A stretch of DNA of 27,723 nt, from positions 1 through 27,723 of the forward strand of contig JAAFKI010000198.1 of assembly GCA_021399345.1 (NCBI GenBank). Reading direction: 5' to 3'. This stretch comes from Candidatus Heimdallarchaeota archaeon (GTDB lineage: Archaea; Asgardarchaeota; Heimdallarchaeia; Heimdallarchaeales; Heimdallarchaeaceae). Positions 1-8,317 of the stretch are shown here, in pieces. The translations under genes and the position numbers were made by a program. Under the pieces are notes generated by a model. It saw only the letters and a program-made list of their open reading frames with translations, searched no databases and had not been told where the DNA came from. The first letter of the stretch is position 1; each line of letters begins with the position of its first letter.

Positions 1-144
1 TTATCTTACAGAGCTTATTACGGAGTTCACTCAAAAAACAAACAAAGCAAGAAAGTATCCGAAGATCCACTAGATAATCCAGAAGAGATGAAACGAAAAG
101 AATGGTTTAGACAATTAGTAAGGATGTTTACACAGAAATACTAG
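1..144 (+). CDS. 3' end of an unknown CDS entering the window (partial)
   Basis: Frame 1 is open from base 1 (LSYRAYYGVHSKNKQ...FRQLVRMFTQKY) to TAG at 142-144. No family recognised. Confidence 0.5.
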   Translation, partial: LSYRAYYGVHSKNKQSKKVSEDPLDNPEEMKRKEWFRQLVRMFTQKY

Positions 145-264
145 AAAAAATTTTTGCACAATTAAGACATGTAAGGCAAATGCACTCTTCCAATAAGGTC
201 CTCTAAACAGCAAGGTTAATCCAGAGATTTCAGAGTAAACATGTTCTCATTATACTGTAAAAAA

Positions 265-1395
265 CTAGAGAGGAGAAGTTAGAAGCGGATATATGTCTTC
301 AGTATCAGTATTCCCATCTATTGTATAATTTCCTGAACCTAAATAATTGCTCCAGTAGTTTCCTTGAAGAATAATTTCGTTATACCATCTGTTATTGTTT
401 GTTACAGAATATTCATATCCTTGAGAATTTCCAAAGGAATTGTCAATGAAGGCATTAAGATAGATTTCATTCAAAATACAATCTTGGAAAAAGCTAAGGC
501 CGTAGTTTTCACAGTTTTCGATTAGATTGAATACAAATATGCTAGAATTTGTATAATATATTTTAATTCCATCTTCAAATCCTGCAAAAGTATTATTGTT
601 TATGGTCATATCCATACACCTTCTCATGTATAGTCCATTTCCTGAATATTCGTTACTTGAACCAATATTAATAAGATAATTTCCAGTGATATAACACGAG
701 TATGTTTCAAGAATCTCAATAATATTATAATCACAGTCATAAATAATATTTCCAAATATGGATGTATTGAATGAATTGCTAACTTTGATACCATCACTAG
801 TTTGTGAAACATTATTTTGTGAGCATACAATCTTTGATGAAAACTCAACTTCAATTCCATCGCCACAGTATTCTATATAATTCTCTTTAATTGTACAATT
901 CTCTGAAAATTTAAGTGAAATTCCGTTAATTCCTGTTCCAGATAAGGTGTTGTTTTCTATTAAGACATTGCTTGAATTTGTGACTGCTATACCATCATAA
1001 CCTCCTACTTCAGGCCATGAACCATTTACAATTTCATTATTAATTACCCGAGCAGAATCACTACGGATGTCACTCAAAAAGATTCCTACATTAAATTCCG
1101 TGATTGTGCAATTTCTAATAATGAAACTTCTAGTAACATTTTGTATTAATACTCCCATATATTTACCATTAAAGACATAGTTTTCGATGATATAAGGATC
1201 TACTGAGGATCCTGTTCCAGAAAAATCATATTTTAAAAAATCCTCATCAGAACGAATTTCAATACCATATTCTATCGTTCCAAAAAGTGAGAGGAACATA
1301 TTCCAAAGAAAATAACCTACTACTGAGACTATTATCATGGTTACAATAATAATAGAAAAAAGAATTATCATTCTTTTCTTTCCCATAGGAGACAT
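265..1395 (-). CDS. NosD/right-handed parallel beta-helix repeat protein, N-terminal membrane anchor
   Basis: Hydrophobic N-terminal segment; repeated GI.l..s.n..I.nN.i units; GTGSSVDPYIIENY N-cap; C-terminal GNYWSNY...DIYPL motif. Confidence 0.85.
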   Translation of the reverse strand: MSPMGKKRMIILFSIIIVTMIIVSVVGYFLWNMFLSLFGTIEYGIEIRSDEDFLKYDFSGTGSSVDPYIIENYVFNGKYMGVLIQNVTRSFIIRNCTITEFNVGIFLSDIRSDSARVINNEIVNGSWPEVGGYDGIAVTNSSNVLIENNTLSGTGINGISLKFSENCTIKENYIEYCGDGIEVEFSSKIVCSQNNVSQTSDGIKVSNSFNTSIFGNIIYDCDYNIIEILETYSCYITGNYLINIGSSNEYSGNGLYMRRCMDMTINNNTFAGFEDGIKIYYTNSSIFVFNLIENCENYGLSFFQDCILNEIYLNAFIDNSFGNSQGYEYSVTNNNRWYNEIILQGNYWSNYLGSGNYTIDGNTDTEDIYPLLTSPL

Positions 1396-1548
1396 AACAA
1401 AGCACCATCTAGTATTATAGGATTCACCATATTTAAACAGTTTTAATTTTTACACAAGTGAAAAACAACAAGGTTATTTTCTCAAATTCAAGAAAAAACA
1501 TTTTGCGTTATACTGAAAAAAACTTATGAAGCTTGTTTCTTTATTATC

Positions 1549-3366
1549 TTGATAGATTTGAAACTAAAATGTATATTTATACTAATGTTTCTCGTCTTGC
1601 CTGTTATGGTCAGTTCTGATGCAGAATGTGTTTATCAAACACCAGCTCTAGAAGGAAGAGAGCCACCAATTATTAACTATGAGTCAAGACTGAAGCAAAA
1701 AGAATATACAACTAGCTATATTTCCCATCCTTCGATAGAGATTTTGTCAGATGCTTATTTTAACAATTATAGTTCTTCAGGAATAGGAACTTTTGACGAA
1801 CCTTTTGTTATTGAGAATTACAATATTACAACAACCAATGGAACAGCTATTACAGTTGAAAGTACTACCAAGTATTTCATAATACGTAACTGTTTCTTAA
1901 GAGCTAATAATCAAGGAATTTATCTATATAACGTTTCTTTTGGTACCGGTTTGCTAGAAAATAATAATTGTTCAATGACCAATAAGGGGATTTGGGGAAC
2001 ATATGCACATGGCATTAAAATCGTGAATAACACATGTTCTGAAAATTATTGGAGTGGTATTTACTTAGAGGAATGTATTGATGTCACAATTGTTGGTAAT
2101 TTGTGTGAAAAGAATCGTTGGGGAGGAATTGTTTTACAAGAGTGTCCGGATTCTGAAGTAAAAAATAATATTGTCATCGAAAATGATCACTCATCGGGTA
2201 TAATGCTTTCCAAATCACTCAGAACCAGAGTAATGAATAATACATGTATTAACAACGGAGTTGCTGGAATACAATGCCATGAATCTAATTATGCCATTAT
2301 TGAACAGAATCATGTTTACAATGATAATGGTTGGTCCGGTATCGCAGTTGGTGGTTCTTTATATGTGTCTGTTTTGAATAATACAATAACATCGGACAGA
2401 GGATCTCTATCTTTTAGTAGGTCGTATAATGCTTGCATTAAACATAACAAACTTTACTCTACAGGATTAGATTTATACGAATTGGATTTATTACAGTATC
2501 AGTTTCTAGATATTCAAGATAATCTAGTAAATGACAAGAAATTAGGTTTTTATACTAATCTGAATAAGATAGAAATAGTTGAACCTAACTATGGACAACT
2601 TATTCTTGTAGATTGCAATGAGATTGTTATTGCAAATCAAAGAAATGAAGAAGGTTTCATTGGTATAACCATTTACAAATGCAATTTTATAGAGATCAAA
2701 GATTCAATAATTACTTCTTTAGATGGTAGTGTGAAAACTTGGGGGATAAGAGTATATGTTTCAGAGAACATTGATATTGTCAATAACGTTTGCAGTTATG
2801 GAAGAGGAATCTATCTAGAAGATACAAAAAATGTTCTAATCAAATCAAATTTAGTCGAAAACGGTTCATATTATGGCATATACCTTGTGAATGCAGATTA
2901 TAGTAGAATAATCAATAATATCTGCAAATTCAACATAAAATCTGGAATGGTGGTTAGTTTGTCAGAGAATTGTGAAATTATCTATAATCGTATTGAGAGT
3001 AATGGATTTTCTGAATACCAAGATTTTGGGTTGTCGATTGGAGGTTCAAACAACATTCTGCATCATAATATTTTCCTAGATAATACTTTCAATGGAACAA
3101 TTCAAGCTGAGGATTCAGGAATCAATAATACTTGGTATGAGGAGAAGGCTCAAGAAGGCAACTTTTGGTCTGACTGGTCAAACGTTGGTCCATACTTAAT
3201 TTATGGTTATTCAAACTCTACAGATCCCTATCCTTTATTAAAAATCCCAGTTTATAGTGACTTTAACTACAAGAATTTCTATTATTTCTTTCTTGTACTA
3301 GTTATCATTCCTGCTTATGGTATTTTCAGGGCAGGTAAGTTTCTAAAAGAAATAAGAATAGATTAG
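1549..3366 (+). CDS. NosD/parallel beta-helix repeat surface protein, signal peptide plus C-terminal TM anchor
   Basis: N-terminal hydrophobic leader; GIGTFDEPFVIENY cap; many PbH1 repeats; GNFWSDW...DPYPL motif; C-terminal FYYFFLVLVIIPAYGIF helix. The TTG start is uncertain. Confidence 0.85.
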   Translation: MIDLKLKCIFILMFLVLPVMVSSDAECVYQTPALEGREPPIINYESRLKQKEYTTSYISHPSIEILSDAYFNNYSSSGIGTFDEPFVIENYNITTTNGTAITVESTTKYFIIRNCFLRANNQGIYLYNVSFGTGLLENNNCSMTNKGIWGTYAHGIKIVNNTCSENYWSGIYLEECIDVTIVGNLCEKNRWGGIVLQECPDSEVKNNIVIENDHSSGIMLSKSLRTRVMNNTCINNGVAGIQCHESNYAIIEQNHVYNDNGWSGIAVGGSLYVSVLNNTITSDRGSLSFSRSYNACIKHNKLYSTGLDLYELDLLQYQFLDIQDNLVNDKKLGFYTNLNKIEIVEPNYGQLILVDCNEIVIANQRNEEGFIGITIYKCNFIEIKDSIITSLDGSVKTWGIRVYVSENIDIVNNVCSYGRGIYLEDTKNVLIKSNLVENGSYYGIYLVNADYSRIINNICKFNIKSGMVVSLSENCEIIYNRIESNGFSEYQDFGLSIGGSNNILHHNIFLDNTFNGTIQAEDSGINNTWYEEKAQEGNFWSDWSNVGPYLIYGYSNSTDPYPLLKIPVYSDFNYKNFYYFFLVLVIIPAYGIFRAGKFLKEIRID

Positions 3367-3491
3367 TTCTGCTTCTTGTAAAAACATATTTTCTTTTATT
3401 AATCTAGAGTGTAAAAGCCATGTAAAATTAATTATTTTGAAAACTCTATTAGGAAGTTTAATATTCTCCAAAAATTCTGTGAGATTTAGAA

Positions 3492-4325
3492 ATGCTAATT
3501 GATTCCTTTGAAGCTGAGAAGATTTTAGAAGCTTATCATCAAGGGAAGGAATCCATTGTTGCCTTTTTTGATCTCAGGTTTACTCAACATAAAGTGGTTT
3601 TCAAACACAATAAGATAATAATTGGTGACTTTAGCTACGATCCAAAAACTATTCAGAAAATTGCCAAAAACCCCTCTGTTTTTTTAATTGATAAAAAACC
3701 TAAGAAAATTGCTTTTTTCGATGAAAGATACTACAAGCTTGAACCAATTGAAAATACTGCTCCAACTATTGAGATAGATGGTATCAGAATGCATAGAACC
3801 AAGCATGTCACACCTCTAGAGGATGCTAGAAGGAAAATCTTTGCTGTTAATGTTGCTGCTAATGAGAAGGTTCTAGATGTTTGTACAGGTTTGGGGTACA
3901 CTGCTATTGAATCATTGAGAATGAAGGCTTCTGTTACAACCATTGAAAAAGACCCTAATGTCATTGAAATAGCTAAATATAACCCCTACTCAGCTGATCT
4001 TTTTACAGGAATTGAAAGCAATAAAATTGAATTAATTTTGGAAGATGCATGTGTTGCTGTTAAGCAAATGGCTGATGAGACCTTTGATGTCATTCTCCAT
4101 GACCCGCCCAGATTTGCTTTAGCCGGTGAGCTTTACTCACAGGAAATTTATGTGGACTTGTTCAGAATCTTAAAAGAAGAAGGTCGTATGCTTCATTATG
4201 TAGGAAAACCTGGTTCAAAGTATAGGGGGAAGGATTTCATCAGTGGAATTCAAAGAAGATTAAATGAAGTTGGTTTCAAAACAAAACGAACTGATGATAA
4301 TGAAAGTGTGCTTGCATATAAGTGA
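3492..4325 (+). CDS. Class I SAM-dependent methyltransferase (COG2521-like predicted archaeal methyltransferase)
   Basis: Motif I VLDVCTGLGYTA, acidic motif II TIEKD, motif IV HDPPRF, and PTIEIDGIRMHRT typical of this archaeal family. Confidence 0.85.
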   Translation: MLIDSFEAEKILEAYHQGKESIVAFFDLRFTQHKVVFKHNKIIIGDFSYDPKTIQKIAKNPSVFLIDKKPKKIAFFDERYYKLEPIENTAPTIEIDGIRMHRTKHVTPLEDARRKIFAVNVAANEKVLDVCTGLGYTAIESLRMKASVTTIEKDPNVIEIAKYNPYSADLFTGIESNKIELILEDACVAVKQMADETFDVILHDPPRFALAGELYSQEIYVDLFRILKEEGRMLHYVGKPGSKYRGKDFISGIQRRLNEVGFKTKRTDDNESVLAYK

Positions 4326-4360
4326 CGGAATCTCTTTTAAGGTGTAAAATTAAGCGTTTC

Positions 4361-4390
4361 ATGATGAGTTGTTGTCATCTTGTCATAATA
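4361..4390. repeat. Terminal inverted repeat, tnpB-distal end
   Basis: atgatgagttgttgtcatcttgtcataata aligns with the reverse complement of 5767-5796 (atgatatcattttgtcatgctgtcatatta) at 22/30 positions without gaps. Confidence 0.7.
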
Positions 4391-4391
4391 G

Positions 4392-5687
4392 TCAAGATAG
4401 TTGAGTGACTTTTGCAGAAGATTTGGGTATCATTCCTTGTGGGTCAACACAAACTCTACGTGGATACATCACGTATCCTCCTACCCCGTTCACACGCCGT
4501 TTAGGCAATGCTTTCGGATCGCTTTTGAGTAAAACATTATAGGCAGCATTAATATCAGCATTAATTTGATGACCTTGAGCAGAGGTGAAGAGCCCTCGAG
4601 GAGAGCGTTTCCCTGCATAGATTGATCGTTTTTGGGGAAATTCATTATCTAAGAAACTGCTTTTGGAGGTGTAATGTTCAGGAATCATTTCAACATTGAT
4701 TCCTTGTTCTGCTCCTTTGTATTTTAGCTGGTTGATGATTTTCATAAAGGGGATAGCGACAAACATCTGGGTGATTTTCTTTTGGAAATGCACTCCTTGT
4801 TTCCATTTAGGATTATAACCAATGATCACTTCATGTAAATCACGTTCAATCCACAAGTCGATCAAGTACTTTGTTAGCTTGTGGATGGCATTTTTAAGTT
4901 TCTTTCTGAACTTCTCGCGAAGGTGGTAATAAGCTGAACCATACACTAATTTTTTTTGATGTTTTAATTGTTTTTTTTGCTGCTGAACGTATTGTTCTCT
5001 TAATTTTGTTTGGAATTTAAGATAATAGTGGATAATACTTTTGATTCCTTTTCCGTGATCCTTGATAACAATTGGTTGACTACCAAGGTTATCCACAAAG
5101 GCCACGATGTTGATAGCCCCTAAATCTATTCCTCCTTTCCTGGTACAATGTTTCCTTTTTTTAGGAAGGATTTTCTCATACACTAATTCGAGAGTATAAC
5201 CTACTTGTCTGGGAACAACCCTTACTTCTTTCAGTTTCGAGCTAGCTGTTAATCTAGTTTTGTAGTAATAGTCTACTTTCTTAGGTAGAACCAACCATCC
5301 ATTTCTTATCCTTGCTTGTTGGTTGGTGAAGATTGCAACAACTTCCCCATTTTTCGCTTTATAGTTCGGAGGACGAGGCATGGCAAAGAACTTGTCGGGG
5401 TGTTGTTTCCACTCCTTCAGTGCTCGAAAGTATCCTCTCCAATTCCTACAGAGGAGTTTGAGAGTATGTTGCGCAGTATGAGCTGGGAGAATTTTATAGC
5501 ATTCTTCGTTTTTGAGCAAAGAGTTGAAATCGTAATACATTAGTAACTTTTTCTCTTTGGCGTTCAAAGATTGTTTTAACAGAAAGTTCGCTCGATTATA
5601 GAGGTTTTTCACTTGATGACAAAGCGTGCTCAAAACTTGATGAAACTCTACTTCTATACATTCTATTCTTAGTACCTTCGTCATCAC
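4392..5687 (-). CDS. tnpB: RNA-guided endonuclease TnpB
   Basis: N-terminal KNLYNRAN and PxPPNYK motifs; RuvC-I GIDLG; IIGYNPKWKQ; PEHYTSKSSFLD; GKRSPRGLF; RuvC-III INADINAAYNVL. Confidence 0.95.
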   Translation of the reverse strand: MMTKVLRIECIEVEFHQVLSTLCHQVKNLYNRANFLLKQSLNAKEKKLLMYYDFNSLLKNEECYKILPAHTAQHTLKLLCRNWRGYFRALKEWKQHPDKFFAMPRPPNYKAKNGEVVAIFTNQQARIRNGWLVLPKKVDYYYKTRLTASSKLKEVRVVPRQVGYTLELVYEKILPKKRKHCTRKGGIDLGAINIVAFVDNLGSQPIVIKDHGKGIKSIIHYYLKFQTKLREQYVQQQKKQLKHQKKLVYGSAYYHLREKFRKKLKNAIHKLTKYLIDLWIERDLHEVIIGYNPKWKQGVHFQKKITQMFVAIPFMKIINQLKYKGAEQGINVEMIPEHYTSKSSFLDNEFPQKRSIYAGKRSPRGLFTSAQGHQINADINAAYNVLLKSDPKALPKRRVNGVGGYVMYPRRVCVDPQGMIPKSSAKVTQLS

Positions 5688-5766
5688 TTTTTCTCTTTGA
5701 ATTCCCTATAAAAACTCCCGTAATATTCTCCTCTTTACTGTATTTCTAAGTTATTCACCGTCAGTT

Positions 5767-5796
5767 TAATATGACAGCATGACAAAATGATATCAT
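5767..5796. repeat. Terminal inverted repeat, tnpB-proximal end
   Basis: taatatgacagcatgacaaaatgatatcat; two ATGACA copies 8 bp apart mirror the two TGTCAT copies at the other end. Confidence 0.7.
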
Positions 5797-5797
5797 A

Positions 5798-6448
5798 ATG
5801 GAGAAGGAAATCTATCTAACGAAGGAAAATCAAAAGGAGAAAGTTTCTCAATGGATTACTGAATGTAGAAAGATGAAAAAATACATTGCTTTTGATTTTG
5901 ATGTTTCCAAAGCAGCATTACTTATTCTTGACATGCAAAATTTCTTCCTTAACGAATCGAATCATGCCTATGTCCCTTCAGCTTCAAACATTATTGATAA
6001 CATATCTAGACTAATAGAGCATTTTCATAAAAAAGAAAGACCAATAATTTTCACTAAACATATTGATACAGAGAAACCAGAAGAAATGATGACAAAATGG
6101 TGGAGAGATTCCATTCAAATAGGAACAAAAGAAGCAGAAATATCTCCGCATTTAAACACAGATGGATCAGAGATATTGCTGAAGAATAGATATAGTGCTT
6201 TTGAAGAAACAGATTTAGAAGACATACTTAGGGATAAGAATGTAAATCAAGTTATCATAACTGGAATAATGTCCCATCTCTGCTGTGAGACAACTGCAAG
6301 AGATGCGTTTATGAAGGATTTTGAAGTGATCTATATTATCGATGCAACTGCAACCTATACTGAAGAATTGCATCTTGGAACTATAAGAGCGATTTCTCAT
6401 GGATTTGGTCGTTGTACTTCAACTGAGGAGATTGTAAATGAAAGATAA
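5798..6448 (+). CDS. Isochorismatase-family cysteine hydrolase
   Basis: ALLILDMQNFF (Asp), LLKNRYSAF (Lys) and TGIMSHLCCETTARDA (Cys) catalytic triad motifs. Confidence 0.92.
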   Translation: MEKEIYLTKENQKEKVSQWITECRKMKKYIAFDFDVSKAALLILDMQNFFLNESNHAYVPSASNIIDNISRLIEHFHKKERPIIFTKHIDTEKPEEMMTKWWRDSIQIGTKEAEISPHLNTDGSEILLKNRYSAFEETDLEDILRDKNVNQVIITGIMSHLCCETTARDAFMKDFEVIYIIDATATYTEELHLGTIRAISHGFGRCTSTEEIVNER

Positions 6449-7382
6449 ATTAGAAACTGTTGTTGCTTTAATTGGTGGAGGACCTGCATGCGTAACAGCT
6501 GCAATGCAATTAACTAGAGCAGGTTTAGATAATCTCTTGATTACAGATGAAATCGGAGGAAAAATACGAAATGCCAATCTTATTGAAAATCTACTAGGTT
6601 TTCCTAAAGGAATTAGTGGAGAAGATTACGTCCAATTACTCAAACAGCAGATTAGAAAACAGAATGTCGAATATGTTACTAGAACAGTTAAATCCGTTGA
6701 ATACAAGAATATTGGAATGAATGTTTTTAGATTTCTAATTGAAACAAATAAGGAATTGATTCAGAGTCAATATCTCATTATAGGTACTGGTTCAAAGCCA
6801 AAAAAGCTTGGGATCCAAGGAGAAGAAGAAGCTTTTTCCACTAAGAAACTATTTTATGAAAATTATAATGCCAGAAAACATGTTAAAGGGAAGAATATAA
6901 TCATCATAGGTGGAGGAGATGTAGCATATGATTACGCACTCAACCACAAAGATTCTGCTGATAATATATCTATAGTTCAAAGATCCAAAATATCAAAAAG
7001 TATACCCATCCTTCAAAGCCGAGCTCATCTTGCAGAAAATATAAGTATTTTAGCAGGTGTAATTCCGAGTAGAATTAAGTTTGATGGAAAAACAGTAGTA
7101 CTTAATGCAAAGAAAGATGACAAAATATTACTTGTAATAGGGGACATGATTATTGTTGCAATAGGTAGAGAACCCGATTTAGGTGCTCTTTCAGAAAAAT
7201 TACTAGAAGTGTATGAAGGTAAAGCTGAAAATTCTCATTTATATTTCGTAGGAGATGTGAAAAAGAATAACTACAGACAAGTCTCTATTGCAATGGGAGA
7301 TGGCATGAAAGCTGCAATGGAAATAGTTAAAGAGATAACTCATGAAGAAAGTTATCATGGAGCTTCTCGGGAAATATGGTAA
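6438..7382 (+). CDS. Thioredoxin-reductase-like FAD/NAD(P)H oxidoreductase lacking the redox CxxC
   Basis: IGGGPA FAD loop, IENLLGFP, GTGS, IIGGGDVA NAD(P) loop, AIGREP, VGDV...Q...AMGDG. No CxxC at the usual position. Confidence 0.88.
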   Translation: MKDKLETVVALIGGGPACVTAAMQLTRAGLDNLLITDEIGGKIRNANLIENLLGFPKGISGEDYVQLLKQQIRKQNVEYVTRTVKSVEYKNIGMNVFRFLIETNKELIQSQYLIIGTGSKPKKLGIQGEEEAFSTKKLFYENYNARKHVKGKNIIIIGGGDVAYDYALNHKDSADNISIVQRSKISKSIPILQSRAHLAENISILAGVIPSRIKFDGKTVVLNAKKDDKILLVIGDMIIVAIGREPDLGALSEKLLEVYEGKAENSHLYFVGDVKKNNYRQVSIAMGDGMKAAMEIVKEITHEESYHGASREIW

Positions 7383-8301
7383 GGAAGATTTAGCTATTCT
7401 TTACATAGCCAAACAAGATGATAAAATTGTAGAATTTGTTGAAAGTCTACAACCGCCTATTCCTAGAGAAGAAAAATGGGTTCTGGTTATTTCGACTATG
7501 TATGGATGTCCTGTTGGTTGCTTAATGTGTGACGCAGGGGAGTACTATCACGGTAAAATTTCTACAGAAGGTATGCTCGAAGAAATCGACTTCATGATCA
7601 AAAAACGTTTCCCTGATGGAAAAATACCTATTCCTAAATTCAAAATTCAATTTGCCCGAATGGGTGAACCTTCATTAAATAAAGACGTTCTAGAAGTTCT
7701 AAGATTGCTTCCTGAAAAATATGAAGCTCCAGGATTAATGCCTTGTCTTAGTACCATTGCTCCAAACAAAGGTGCAGATTTCCTTGATGAACTAATTGAA
7801 CTGAAGAATCACTTTTATCCTAATGGTAATTTCCAACTACAATTCTCAATTCATTCCACAGATCAAGAAGAAAGAGAAAAATGGATGACTACAAATATCT
7901 GGAATCTTGGGGAAATTGCAAAATTTGGTGAAAAATGGTACACAAAGGGAGATAGGAAAATAACACTCAACTTTGCAGTGGCTGAAGATTCTAAGATCAA
8001 TCCCGAAATAGTCGCTCATATTTTTGATCCAGAAAAGTATTGGATCAAGTTGACCCCAATTAACCCTACTAGCAAAGCTATGGATAATAAACTCCAGAGT
8101 GGGATTACTGTAGAAAATACAGAAGTCTTCCCATTAGTTAAAGAGTTCAGAAAACTAGGTTTTAGTGCTGCCATCAGTATTGGTGAATGGGAAGAGAATG
8201 ATATTGGTACCAATTGTGGTCAATTTGCAACACAGTACACTAATGGTAAAGTGAGTATAAGAGAATCATATACCACTACAGAATATGCTCTAAGCGATTA
8301 A
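7342..8301 (+). CDS. RlmN/Cfr-like radical SAM protein (divergent); start may be ATG at 7357
   Basis: CPVGCLMC cluster motif, RMGEP, FSIH and C-terminal DIGTNCGQF matching RlmN DIDAACGQL. Confidence 0.85.
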   Translation: MKKVIMELLGKYGKEDLAILYIAKQDDKIVEFVESLQPPIPREEKWVLVISTMYGCPVGCLMCDAGEYYHGKISTEGMLEEIDFMIKKRFPDGKIPIPKFKIQFARMGEPSLNKDVLEVLRLLPEKYEAPGLMPCLSTIAPNKGADFLDELIELKNHFYPNGNFQLQFSIHSTDQEEREKWMTTNIWNLGEIAKFGEKWYTKGDRKITLNFAVAEDSKINPEIVAHIFDPEKYWIKLTPINPTSKAMDNKLQSGITVENTEVFPLVKEFRKLGFSAAISIGEWEENDIGTNCGQFATQYTNGKVSIRESYTTTEYALSD

Positions 8302-8317
8302 TAGAAAAATATAAGAA

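Larger units (their letters stand above)
4361..5796 (-). mobile_element. Non-autonomous tnpB-only insertion element (IS200/IS605/IS607 superfamily, IS1341-like)
   Basis: Contains only tnpB. Imperfect terminal inverted repeats at 4361-4390 and 5767-5796 with tandem TGTCAT motifs. TCAT is directly repeated at 4359-4362 and 5793-5796. Confidence 0.75.

Noticed and set aside
4392-5687. TnpB as Cas12f or Fanzor
   Set aside because: No CRISPR array, and RuvC-I is DLG rather than the DPG typical of Fanzors. It fits a prokaryotic TnpB clade.
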